25,420 nt of DNA from a virus (IMGVR_UViG_3300017903_000060:1-25420), one strand, 5' to 3'. Positions 9,201-18,415 are shown, counted from the first letter of the stretch. Numbers and translations are program-made. Notes: generated by a model not told the origin, from the sequence alone.

Positions 9201-9590
9201 ATGGCTGAAAAAGAAAAGAAAGTAAGAAAACGTAGAAGAGCTAGTATAGTAAAAAGAGATTTTATTATACGAGTGAGACCAACTCTTAATAGAAAGCATG
9301 AATGGACAGGTTCAGTTGATGTAGCTATTGCACCTGACCCTGATAATAAAATGAATGATGATGATTACTATCAGGTATTACATTTGTGTAAGATGATGTG
9401 TGCTATTATTCCTTTAACAGAGAATGATGGAACTCTTCGTGAAGATATAAATGATTTTATTGAAAATGTTGTTGACAGAGATTATCATGATATGGTAAAA
9501 CAAAAGAAGAAAAAACAAGCTAACATAGTAGGTATCGACAATAATGTTATACATATAACTATTGATTCAGATACTGAAGGCAACGCATAA
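9201..9590 (+). CDS. Hypothetical protein with basic N-terminus
   Basis: 129-aa ORF, AGGAG RBS, coupled to next gene. Confidence 0.8.
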   Translation: MAEKEKKVRKRRRASIVKRDFIIRVRPTLNRKHEWTGSVDVAIAPDPDNKMNDDDYYQVLHLCKMMCAIIPLTENDGTLREDINDFIENVVDRDYHDMVKQKKKKQANIVGIDNNVIHITIDSDTEGNA

Positions 9591-9859
9591 TGGAAAGGTA
9601 TATGACATATATGATTAGAAAATTAAAAGAAGCAGAACAAGAACAGGACATGGTTAATAGTCCTATCCATTACAACAAAGCAGGTATTGAAACCATCGAT
9701 GCCTTAGAGGCTATGTTAGTAGATGGATTTGATTATTACTTACAAGGTAACATAGCTAAGTACCTATGGAGATTTAGATACAAAAATGGTATAGAAGATT
9801 TAAGAAAAGCACAATGGTATCTGAATAAACTTATTGAGGTCTACGATGATAAAAGTTAA
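9590..9859 (+). CDS. DUF3310 / T7 gp1.7-like protein (putative nucleotide kinase)
   Basis: DMVNSPIHY...ETID...GNIAKYLWR...KNGIEDLRKAQWYL. Confidence 0.85.
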   Translation: MERYMTYMIRKLKEAEQEQDMVNSPIHYNKAGIETIDALEAMLVDGFDYYLQGNIAKYLWRFRYKNGIEDLRKAQWYLNKLIEVYDDKS

Positions 9860-10007
9860 AGTTTTTCTTACTCTTGAGATAGACCCTGAAGAGTACCCTA
9901 TACCTGCTGACGAGAATGTAGGAATAGAAATAGAGGAAGGCATACAAGAATACTTCTATGATGTAGAAGGAACTAAGATTAAAAATATAAAAACAATAAC
10001 GGAGTAA
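9846..10007 (+). CDS. Small acidic hypothetical protein, 53 aa (MIKVKVFLTLEIDPEEYPIPADENVG...); absent from ORF track
   Basis: GAGGT RBS; fills the gap before RNR; ends at TAA 10005-10007. Confidence 0.75.
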   Translation: MIKVKVFLTLEIDPEEYPIPADENVGIEIEEGIQEYFYDVEGTKIKNIKTITE

Positions 10008-10011
10008 TACA

Positions 10012-11925
10012 ATGATACAAAACTATTTACCAACAGACTATCAGAACTTCATAGCACTCTCTCGCTATGCAAGATGGAAAGAAGATGAACAGAGAAGAGA
10101 GAATTGGGGAGAGACTGTAGACAGATACTTTGATTACATGACTTCTCACCTTAAAAAGAATCATGACTATGATATAACAAAAGCTTTGAAAGAAAAACTT
10201 ACAGAGCAGATAATGAGTCTAGGTGTCATGCCTAGTATGAGAGCATTGATGACTGCAGGTCCTGCTTTAGACAGATGTCACGTGGGTGGTTATAACTGTA
10301 GTTACATACCTGTAGATAGTCCACGTTCATTTGATGAATGTATGTACATTCTAATGTGTGGTACAGGTGTAGGCTTCTCTGTTGAAAGAGAGAATGTTGA
10401 CAAGCTACCCATTGTCAATGAACACTTTGAGAAGTCATCTACAATAATCAAGGTAGCAGATAGTAGACCCGGTTGGGCACGTGCATTACGAGAGTTAATA
10501 TCTTTATTGTATGCAGGTCAGATACCTACATGGGATATATCAGATGTTAGACCTGCAGGTGCTAGACTAAAAACATTTGGGGGTAGAGCATCAGGACCTG
10601 CTCCATTAGTTGAACTATTTCAATTTTGTATACAGAAGTTTAGAGGTGCAAAGGGTAGACGATTGTTTCCTATTGAGTGCCATGACTTAATGTGTAAGAT
10701 TGGCGAAGTAGTCGTTGTAGGTGGGGTACGTAGGTCTGCTCTTATATCTTTATCTAACTTAGGCGATGACCAAATGAGACATGCTAAGTCAGGTCAATGG
10801 TGGGAGAATGAAGGACAGAGAGCATTAGCTAATAACTCTGTAGCATTTAAAGGTAAACCTGAGATGGGTACATTCATGAGAGAGTGGACTGCTCTTTATG
10901 AATCTAAGTCAGGAGAACGGGGTATCTTCAACAGACAGGCAGCTAAAGTGAAAGCGTTAGAGAATGGAAGAAGAGACGCTGAACATTACTTTGGATGTAA
11001 TCCTTGTAGTGAAATCATACTAAGACCTTATCAGTTCTGTAACCTTACTGAAGTAGTATGCAGAGCTTCAGATGATTTACAATCTCTAGAAGACAAAGTA
11101 CGTATGGCTACTATACTTGGTACATTCCAATCTACTCTTACTAACTTTAAATATTTACGTAAAGTATGGAAAGATAATACAGAGGAAGAGAGATTATTAG
11201 GAGTTTCCCTAACAGGTATCTTGGATACAAACATATGGTCTGAAGATATTTTAGAAATATTAAGAGCAGTTGCAGTAGAAACTAATAAGAAGGTAGCAAA
11301 AGATTTAGGTATACCACAATCAACTGCTATCACTTGTGTAAAGCCAAGTGGTACAGTTAGTCAATTAGTTGACAGTGCATCAGGTATTCATGCTAGACAC
11401 AATGACTACTACATCAGAACTGTACGTGGCGATAACAAAGACCCACTCACACAGTTTATGAAGGACAGTGGTATACCAAACGAGCCTTGTGTCATGAAAC
11501 CTGATAGCACTACTGTGTTTAGTTTTCCAATGAAGTCACCTGAAGGTGCAGTCACTAGAACACAGATGTCAGCTATTGAACAGCTAGAGTATTGGCTCAT
11601 GTTTCAAAGACATTGGTGTGAGCACAAGCCTTCTGTCACTGTGTCTGTCAAAGAAGATGAGTGGATGGATGTAGGAGCATGGGTATACAAGAACTTCGAT
11701 GAAGTATCAGGTATATCTTTCCTACCTTTCAGTGACCATACGTATGCTCAAGCACCTTATCAAGATATAACTGCAGAGGAATATGATGAGTTATATAAAC
11801 AGATGCCTGAGTCTATTGATTGGTCAAAATTAGCAGACTTTGAGAAGGAAGACACTACTAGTGGTGGCAGGGAGTTAGCTTGCACAGCAGATGCCTGTGA
11901 AGTAGTTGACTTAACATCTAATTAA
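10012..11925 (+). CDS. nrdJ: Class II (adenosylcobalamin-dependent, monomeric RTPR-type) ribonucleotide reductase
   Basis: YNCSY, GGVRRSA, NPCSEI, TCVKPSGT, C-terminal CTADAC cysteine pair; no beta subunit gene in window. Confidence 0.88.
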   Translation: MIQNYLPTDYQNFIALSRYARWKEDEQRRENWGETVDRYFDYMTSHLKKNHDYDITKALKEKLTEQIMSLGVMPSMRALMTAGPALDRCHVGGYNCSYIPVDSPRSFDECMYILMCGTGVGFSVERENVDKLPIVNEHFEKSSTIIKVADSRPGWARALRELISLLYAGQIPTWDISDVRPAGARLKTFGGRASGPAPLVELFQFCIQKFRGAKGRRLFPIECHDLMCKIGEVVVVGGVRRSALISLSNLGDDQMRHAKSGQWWENEGQRALANNSVAFKGKPEMGTFMREWTALYESKSGERGIFNRQAAKVKALENGRRDAEHYFGCNPCSEIILRPYQFCNLTEVVCRASDDLQSLEDKVRMATILGTFQSTLTNFKYLRKVWKDNTEEERLLGVSLTGILDTNIWSEDILEILRAVAVETNKKVAKDLGIPQSTAITCVKPSGTVSQLVDSASGIHARHNDYYIRTVRGDNKDPLTQFMKDSGIPNEPCVMKPDSTTVFSFPMKSPEGAVTRTQMSAIEQLEYWLMFQRHWCEHKPSVTVSVKEDEWMDVGAWVYKNFDEVSGISFLPFSDHTYAQAPYQDITAEEYDELYKQMPESIDWSKLADFEKEDTTSGGRELACTADACEVVDLTSN

Positions 11926-11934
11926 TGTTAGAAT
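11906..11934 (+). promoter_or_regulatory. Sigma70-type promoter TTGACT-N17-TAGAAT with extended -10 TG
   Basis: -35 at 11906-11911, TG at 11926-11927, -10 at 11929-11934; spans the RNR stop codon. Confidence 0.6.
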
Positions 11935-12107
11935 CTGCTGAGTTATTATGGTGGCAATGGTGGTTACTTATCGCCATTTCCATCAACACAACTATAAACT
12001 TAATCGTGTTCTTTAAAGGTAGGAAACTACACATTAGAGAATTTTTACACCTTAAACCTAAACCAAAAAGAAAAGGAGTTACTAATGAAGAACCTAGCAC
12101 CAAGTAA
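11925..12107 (+). CDS. Small membrane protein
   Basis: LLWWQWWLLIAISINTTINLIVFF hydrophobic helix then basic tail; TAATG coupling to RNR. Confidence 0.6.
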   Translation: MLESAELLWWQWWLLIAISINTTINLIVFFKGRKLHIREFLHLKPKPKRKGVTNEEPSTK

Positions 12108-12510
12108 AGAGAACAGAAAGAAGTTTGATATAGACCTAGAGTATGGACAGGTAAGAGAACAACTCGTAGCTGACATGTTACAAGATAAAAAGATAGAAGT
12201 AAAAAGTGAAAGAGATATGTGGCAACGTACAGGTAACATTGCCATTGAGTACGAATCTTATGGTAAACCTAGTGGAATAGACGCAACTGAATCTGACTAC
12301 TGGTTTCATAATTTGTGTGTAGGAGAAGATACCTTTTGCACACTTGTGTTCAACACAGAGAGTCTGAAGAAGATAATAAAGAACTTAGATTATAAAAAGT
12401 CTGTCTCAGGTGGAGACCATAATGCATCGAGAATGTACCTTCTTAATCTACAGAAATTATTTTCATCAGATGTAATCAAAGCATTCAAGGAAGGAGAAGC
12501 AACAACATGA
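12085..12510 (+). CDS. Hypothetical protein, probable PD-(D/E)XK nuclease fold
   Basis: KIEVKSE...TGNIAIEYE motif; AAGGAG RBS. Confidence 0.6.
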   Translation: MKNLAPSKENRKKFDIDLEYGQVREQLVADMLQDKKIEVKSERDMWQRTGNIAIEYESYGKPSGIDATESDYWFHNLCVGEDTFCTLVFNTESLKKIIKNLDYKKSVSGGDHNASRMYLLNLQKLFSSDVIKAFKEGEATT

Positions 12511-12758
12511 GAGACATGATAATAAACGCAATCAAAACAAAAATAATAGGGCAGATGAATGCTCATATAGCTAACATAGAGGTTATGCTAACTAACCCTG
12601 TTGGTGCAAGAGATAGAGCAACTGTCATAGATACTATTGAGAAAGAGATGTCTGCTTTACACCATCTTGACGGAAAAGCTAACATACTAATAAAATACTT
12701 TGAAAGGAGCAAAGAAAATGCGATTGAAGAACAGAAAGAGAAATCCAAATCTAAGTAA
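12507..12758 (+). CDS. Hypothetical helical protein
   Basis: 83 aa, AAGGAG RBS, ATGA overlap. Confidence 0.8.
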   Translation: MRDMIINAIKTKIIGQMNAHIANIEVMLTNPVGARDRATVIDTIEKEMSALHHLDGKANILIKYFERSKENAIEEQKEKSKSK

Positions 12759-12957
12759 GTATGACGCACCCCTAAAGATACAATTTAGCAGGGGTATAAC
12801 GGATTTTAAAAGAGGTAAGGTATCTAATCCATACCACCTCAATACAATGCAAGGAAGAGAATGGGAAAGGGGTTTTAATCTTGCCTACTTCCAACGATTA
12901 GAAAGGGTCAAACAAAATGAAGTTAGAAGAAGAAGCGAACAAGTTCATGCAAGATAA
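12718..12957 (+). CDS. Rmf/CrpP-like small basic protein
   Basis: FSRG...KRG...NPY...REWERGF resembles the ribosome modulation factor pattern; AAGGAG RBS before ATG 12718. Confidence 0.5.
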   Translation: MRLKNRKRNPNLSKYDAPLKIQFSRGITDFKRGKVSNPYHLNTMQGREWERGFNLAYFQRLERVKQNEVRRRSEQVHAR

Positions 12958-13306
12958 ATTAATTATAGCAGAAGTAATGACTGCAGAGTTTTATGAGATG
13001 AAAGCAGGACAGACAGCTATCTTCCCTAAAAACCAAGCCCTAGAGTATTTAGCTCTAGGGTTAACTAGTGAAGCAGGAGAAGTAGCAGGTAAAGTAAAGA
13101 AACTTATACGTGATGGCGAAGATGTAGAAGGCTTTGAGTTAAAGAAGATGGCTATAGCATCAGAGGTAGGCGATGTACTTTGGTACTGTGCTATGCTTGC
13201 AAAAGAAGTAGGTGTTCCACTGAATGATATTATGAAAGATAACTTGAAGAAGTTACATGGAAGAAAGGTACGTGGAACATTGCATGGGTCAGGAGATAAT
13301 AGGTAA
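12917..13306 (+). CDS. mazG: MazG-like nucleotide pyrophosphohydrolase
   Basis: LGLTSEAGEVAGKVKK...SEVGDVLWY (ExxE...ExxD). Confidence 0.9.
   Translation: MKLEEEANKFMQDKLIIAEVMTAEFYEMKAGQTAIFPKNQALEYLALGLTSEAGEVAGKVKKLIRDGEDVEGFELKKMAIASEVGDVLWYCAMLAKEVGVPLNDIMKDNLKKLHGRKVRGTLHGSGDNR
13027..13060 (-). terminator. Possible intrinsic terminator for the minus-strand virion transcript, inside the MazG-like gene
   Basis: Minus strand reads CCCTAGAG-CTAAATA-CTCTAGGG then CTTGGTTTTT; about 250 nt past the last virion gene. Confidence 0.3.
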
Positions 13307-13307
13307 A

Positions 13308-16300
13308 TTACCTACGAGAACCTAAAGCTTTCTTTAGTACTTTACTGTAATTCTTACCTATCTCAACAAGTTCAGTTAAGTCTTTTGTGCTAGAGACATC
13401 TGCAGGTTCTCCCTTCTTCTTTAAGAACTCTATAGTTGCCCATTTTCTATTTGATTTAGTTAATCTCTTATAGTCCATCATAGCCTTAACATAAGGACCA
13501 CCTGTTCCTATCTTACCATCTTTTATCTTTTGTTTGATAGAACTAAACTGTGTATCTAGTATAGGCTTTAGTCTATTAAGCATATATTTATCTTTACTTA
13601 TCGTATCTTTAAAACCTACCTTTTGTTTTCTATACTCTCTTTCATAGTATTTTTCCATTGACTGAGCAACATCAACTACTGCAGGTAAAAATTCACGAAG
13701 TATATCATTCTCAAATCTTCTAACCTTTGGTGATTCTGAATTACTACCTAGATTAAATTCCGTGTAACCTAAGTCTTTTAAGTACTCTCCATATTCCTCA
13801 TCTTGGGTTGTCAAGTTTAATCCATATATTACACGATAAGCAGGTTGAACTCTTTTCTTTTCACGTTGAAACAAGAACTCACGTTTAGGTGCTTTCTCTT
13901 CCTTTTCACCTGTAGGGTCAGTAAACCCACGTGCATCAAAAGGTCTTTTAATCTCATTAATAAAATTAGTATAAGGGTCTAATGAAGGTTCAGGTGCTAA
14001 GTCTTTGTATGTAGTACCTCTTTGACCTGTCACTCTTTGTGCTTCTAGTAATTGAGCAAAAGGAACTGCCCATGTCTGCAGGTAGTTACCCAAGAGTCTG
14101 CCACCTACCTTACCACTTCTAGCAAAGGTAGATAAATCTTGACCCCCAGTAACAGCTTCTACCATGTCATCAAGTAAACCTGCAGCTACACCTGTACGTA
14201 TATTAGTACCTATAAAAGTCTCAGCAAATTCTTTAGGGTCCCACCAATCTCCAAGTGTACCTTCCTGCAATTTTTCCATAGCCTTACCTATATAAGCATA
14301 AGGTCTTAATGGGTACAGAGGTGTTAAATCAAGTGTCGTTCCGTCTCCTACAGGTAATTGTTTATAGTCAGTTGGAGACTCTCCTGTTTCTGACAACATT
14401 TTATATCCTTGATAGAAGCCACCTATAGCCGCCATACCTACTATGTTTCTAGATATACGTTGTCTATCTTTTTCAGTTAAAGAACCTCGTAAAGATGGCT
14501 TAACTATACTCATAAGTTTTCTTGTTAGAGGAATAGAACTTCCTGCCATATACTGACCCATTAATTCCATGCTGTTAAACATGAAACGAGGGAAAGGCAT
14601 TACTATAGTACCTAAAATACTACGAGTAAGAAGGCTACTTATTTCTCTGAAAGGTTTAAAGTCAGGTTGTTTTGCATAAGTAACATCTAGTGCCCTTTTT
14701 ACTGCATCAGCAGATAATTCTTGGAAGGAACGTGCACCTTTGGGTACAACAGTTCCTGAATCATTTAATAAATCTTTAAGCTTACCTTCATTTAAAGTTT
14801 CTAGTAAGTCAATTTTATACTCATTCTTTACTAGTCTTTGTAGTTCACCTAGATAAGAACCTCTACGTATCAAATATTCCTGCCATCTGTTAGGTGTGTT
14901 TAAGAAAGCTACAACATCCTCACCTTTAGTTATTAGTTTATCAATAGCAGTACCTGAACCCCTACCTTGAACCTTCTGTATTTCGTTCAAGTTATTAAGC
15001 ATTAGCTCATATTGCTTTGCTAACTCAGGTCTATCTAAAATAAAATCAGTTAATTCTTTAGTAGCTTTAGGGTCATTATAAATATATTTTAAATTAGCGA
15101 ATGCATCCTTATAGGTTCTTGACTTGACTAAAGTCTTAAGACCTGCACCATAACCTTCCCTACTCATATTGTACATAGCAGTGTCTGCTACATTTGCTAA
15201 TCCTTCTAAAGGAGCACGTATTGTACCTGAGAATAAGTTACGTGATGCTGTGGCTAATTGAGATACAAGACCACCTCGTCTTATATTCTCAACTCTTAGG
15301 GCATAGTTGTATATACTACTATCTGCAGCTTCAAGTGCCTTTTGTGCCAACAATTCTTTTTCACTTAGAGGTCTTGCTCTTCTTATTTGAGATAGCTTAT
15401 TCATAACTTTAGCAGCTTGAGAACCTGAGCCTACAACTGTTAGTATGTACTCCTCAAAGGAAAGTCCATATTTATTTAGAGTAGTAAGTAGTTCATCTCC
15501 TGCAGAACCTGCTAAACTTTCTCCTAACTTTAAATCTTTAGCAACTGTTAAATCAAATAAGTTGTCAATAATAGTATTCTTATTATTAAAAGCTTCAGGA
15601 TATTTTTTCTGAAACTCTTTTGTTACAGCAACTAAACCATCTAGTTTTTCTGGTTTTAATATAGGATGAGTTAGTTCATCAATACGTGGTGCTATCTTCT
15701 GTGCTAGGTAAGGGTCAGCAACCTCTTCCATTAACTCTAACCCTGCCTTACGAGCACCTTCGTAATCTAAGACTTTGTTACCATCTTTACCAGTTTTTGA
15801 TACAGTCTTTTTAGTAGTTTCTTCAAACATATTAATAAATTCTGTACGTATACTTTTATTTTCGTCAGCAACCTTTTTAGCGGCATTAACTTTCTCCTTC
15901 ATTTCTACGTCAGTAGCATATTTAATGCGTTCTATTTGAATAGCTTTTTCTAAACGATTAGCTAACCAAGCCGCATCTTTCTCTTTCTTCTTTACTTGTT
16001 TAACTGCTTGTTTATAGTCTTTAAAACTTTTTAAGGTATCCTTTATTTCTTTATCTGTACCTTTTAATTCTCTTCTATATAATCCTGAAGCTCTAGTTAA
16101 ATCATCACCCATACCTGCAACTTTAGAAGCTACACCTTGAGTACCTAAATATTCTAAGAAAGCACCTGCACCATCTGCTAATTGCTCTGCCATGTCTTTA
16201 GGATTTGCAAAGCTTCTATTCGCTGCAGTTTTTAATGAAGCATTCATTGCATTCCATACTGTTTTATTTTTATATAAAGCATTACCTGCTTGCTCTATTA

Positions 16301-17114
16301 TATCCTTAAATGCCGCAGGAACATACTCTATACCTTCTGCTACTTCCATTAAACCATTTAATAAACTAGGACCTATAACAGGTATATCAGCCATCTGTTT
16401 CATTAAGCTGTTTTTAACTATATGCTTACCTGAACTATCTTTAACTTCAGTTAAACCAGATGTATCCACCCCCTGTAAAACTTGCCCACCTACAAAAGGA
16501 ACTTCTACTATTTTACCTTGAGCATTTTTATATTGTCCATATGCATCAGGTAAATCTTCAGCCTTAATAGGTTCTGCTTCAGGCTCATTCCATAAGTTTA
16601 CTGTTCTGAAACTAGACTCCATCTGTTCAGCTAAACTTTCTTTTTGATATACTTCTGCTTCGTCAGGTTTGTTGTATATATAAGAGACAGGTAATCCTCT
16701 ATCATCTTCAAATATAGTGCTTGAGTGTGGCTGAATAGTAGGTTGGTCATCTCCTATAGGCACATAACTATACTCAGATATAATGCCTTTTTCTAAAGCA
16801 CCTTCTATATCTTCTAGTTTACCATCTTTAAATAGTTCAGGATATTCTTTGCTGTACTGATTGTACAAAGTGTCTTGGAAGGTAGTTTCTTTTGTGACTA
16901 GTTCAGTGTTTTGGTTTTGTATGGTAGCATTAGACAAATCAGTTTCAATAACATCATCATCTTGAATGTCAGAAGACATACTAATACTATCAATATCAGA
17001 GTCATCTTCTTTCTCTTCTAAAGTATTGTTTAGGGTTGACGTTATTGGTTTTACTACATCCTCATCACCACCCATACTTATAGTGTCGAGGTCAGAATTA
17101 TCATCAATCATCAT
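13308..17114 (-). CDS. Large internal virion (ejection) protein, putative
   Basis: About 1268 aa, helical, last gene of the virion arm; start 17114 by ATGA overlap; no catalytic motif recognised; function inferred from size and position. Confidence 0.6.
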   Translation of the reverse strand: MMIDDNSDLDTISMGGDEDVVKPITSTLNNTLEEKEDDSDIDSISMSSDIQDDDVIETDLSNATIQNQNTELVTKETTFQDTLYNQYSKEYPELFKDGKLEDIEGALEKGIISEYSYVPIGDDQPTIQPHSSTIFEDDRGLPVSYIYNKPDEAEVYQKESLAEQMESSFRTVNLWNEPEAEPIKAEDLPDAYGQYKNAQGKIVEVPFVGGQVLQGVDTSGLTEVKDSSGKHIVKNSLMKQMADIPVIGPSLLNGLMEVAEGIEYVPAAFKDIIEQAGNALYKNKTVWNAMNASLKTAANRSFANPKDMAEQLADGAGAFLEYLGTQGVASKVAGMGDDLTRASGLYRRELKGTDKEIKDTLKSFKDYKQAVKQVKKKEKDAAWLANRLEKAIQIERIKYATDVEMKEKVNAAKKVADENKSIRTEFINMFEETTKKTVSKTGKDGNKVLDYEGARKAGLELMEEVADPYLAQKIAPRIDELTHPILKPEKLDGLVAVTKEFQKKYPEAFNNKNTIIDNLFDLTVAKDLKLGESLAGSAGDELLTTLNKYGLSFEEYILTVVGSGSQAAKVMNKLSQIRRARPLSEKELLAQKALEAADSSIYNYALRVENIRRGGLVSQLATASRNLFSGTIRAPLEGLANVADTAMYNMSREGYGAGLKTLVKSRTYKDAFANLKYIYNDPKATKELTDFILDRPELAKQYELMLNNLNEIQKVQGRGSGTAIDKLITKGEDVVAFLNTPNRWQEYLIRRGSYLGELQRLVKNEYKIDLLETLNEGKLKDLLNDSGTVVPKGARSFQELSADAVKRALDVTYAKQPDFKPFREISSLLTRSILGTIVMPFPRFMFNSMELMGQYMAGSSIPLTRKLMSIVKPSLRGSLTEKDRQRISRNIVGMAAIGGFYQGYKMLSETGESPTDYKQLPVGDGTTLDLTPLYPLRPYAYIGKAMEKLQEGTLGDWWDPKEFAETFIGTNIRTGVAAGLLDDMVEAVTGGQDLSTFARSGKVGGRLLGNYLQTWAVPFAQLLEAQRVTGQRGTTYKDLAPEPSLDPYTNFINEIKRPFDARGFTDPTGEKEEKAPKREFLFQREKKRVQPAYRVIYGLNLTTQDEEYGEYLKDLGYTEFNLGSNSESPKVRRFENDILREFLPAVVDVAQSMEKYYEREYRKQKVGFKDTISKDKYMLNRLKPILDTQFSSIKQKIKDGKIGTGGPYVKAMMDYKRLTKSNRKWATIEFLKKKGEPADVSSTKDLTELVEIGKNYSKVLKKALGSRR

Positions 17115-18415
17115 TGTATTAAACTTTTTCCTGTCCATATTAGTTTAAGTAATCTACCATTAGGAGCTACATACTCTATAACTTTTCCCGGAAGATATCC
17201 TTCTTTTTTAGCAGCTTTCTTTATAGCTATTTTTTCTTGTTTAAATTGTTCTTCTTTTGAAGCTGCTTGAGGTAGGTTTGTAAACAATTGTTTTGTTACA
17301 TCTTGAGTCTGATATTTTTCATATATAGCTGCATCATCATCTTTTGTAGATGCTATATAATTATTTTCTTGCTTAGATATATAAGTGTCTCTTTGAAACT
17401 TTTGCTTTTCCTCTTCTGCCTTTAATGCATTAAATAATATAGGTTCGCTTTCAGGAGTTTCAGTTTTAAATCTTGTTCTTAAACCCTTAAGAGCTTGCAT
17501 TTTAGCCTCAAATACAGGACCTTCATTTCCATTTAATAATACTTTTAAGTTTTCACCCACACCCTCTGTGTATCCAGCACCTTTAATAGAGTCTAAATTA
17601 GCTAATTCTATCACTTTAGTTATAGACTCTCTACTAAATAAAGAAGTAGCCTTACCTGTAGAACTCTTACTTAGTTTTTTGTCTATTAAATACTTTTGAT
17701 ATAAGTCATCTCTTTTTTTAATTAACTTTTCTTTTTCTTCAAGGTCATCTTCATAGAAAATCGCTTGGTCAAATTTAGCATACCCTTCTGCAAAACTATC
17801 ATAGTCTATACGATTATCTTTTTTATACTTCTGTCGTTCTACAAGCTTTTCAAAATTTACCTGACCAGTTGGTACTGTTAGAGTGCCATATTTACTTTCA
17901 CCAATAGGTGCTTGTGCTTCAACTCTTTGGTCAACTGTTTTACCATAGTCACCACCAAAAGCTGCTAGTAAGCCACTACCCTTCATCTCTCCTTGAGATT
18001 TTATAACTTTAGCACCTTCTACAAAATTAGCTATGTAATCAGCTTCACTAATTCCTTCAGGTCTTGTAGCATTAAGACCAGAAACTACTTCATCTATTTT
18101 AAAATCTGAACCTAAAGCAGCTCTGTTTTTACTTAATACATCATAGAGCTTATTAGCACCAGATATTGTGCCACCACTTGTAGCATATAATTGTGTTGCT
18201 TTCCACATGTCACCATCAACAAAAGATGCAAAATTTTGTATAGCTTCCTTTACCTTTTTCTTATCTCTTTCTTCTCTTTCTAACTCTGTTCTTCTTCGTG
18301 TGACACGATACTGCTCCATGCCATCCATTCTTTTTTGGGTACGAAGGATATCACTTTTTAATTGGTCATCAACACTTTTTGCTAGACCTGTTACTAGCCC
18401 TGAAAAAAAACTCAT
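17111..18415 (-). CDS. Putative internal virion protein
   Basis: 434 aa; N-terminal FFSGLVTGLA then charged coiled coil; GGAG RBS. Confidence 0.55.
   Translation of the reverse strand: MSFFSGLVTGLAKSVDDQLKSDILRTQKRMDGMEQYRVTRRRTELEREERDKKKVKEAIQNFASFVDGDMWKATQLYATSGGTISGANKLYDVLSKNRAALGSDFKIDEVVSGLNATRPEGISEADYIANFVEGAKVIKSQGEMKGSGLLAAFGGDYGKTVDQRVEAQAPIGESKYGTLTVPTGQVNFEKLVERQKYKKDNRIDYDSFAEGYAKFDQAIFYEDDLEEKEKLIKKRDDLYQKYLIDKKLSKSSTGKATSLFSRESITKVIELANLDSIKGAGYTEGVGENLKVLLNGNEGPVFEAKMQALKGLRTRFKTETPESEPILFNALKAEEEKQKFQRDTYISKQENNYIASTKDDDAAIYEKYQTQDVTKQLFTNLPQAASKEEQFKQEKIAIKKAAKKEGYLPGKVIEYVAPNGRLLKLIWTGKSLIQ

Noticed and set aside
4643-9501. Other TTGACA hexamers (4643 with N16-TACACT, 7637 with N18-CATAAT, 9472)
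   Set aside because: Suboptimal spacing or -10 box, or start site would fall inside the next gene; 4643 remains weakly possible
10397-10418. Inverted repeat TTGACAA-N8-TTGTCAA
   Set aside because: Short, mid-gene, no -10 box; likely chance
1855-12769. Short minus-strand and alternate-frame ORFs within the replication arm (e.g. 3032-3436, 6110-6334, 11031-11333)
   Set aside because: Shadow frames of well-supported genes; no recognisable motifs
13308-17114. Possible virion RNA polymerase or muramidase in the largest protein
   Set aside because: No DxDGD, T7 RNAP or lytic transglycosylase motif recognised by eye
18403-18410. 8-nt homopolymer just after a start codon (another at 22317-22324)
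   Set aside because: Frames are intact and such runs are expected in AT-rich DNA; no evidence of slippage
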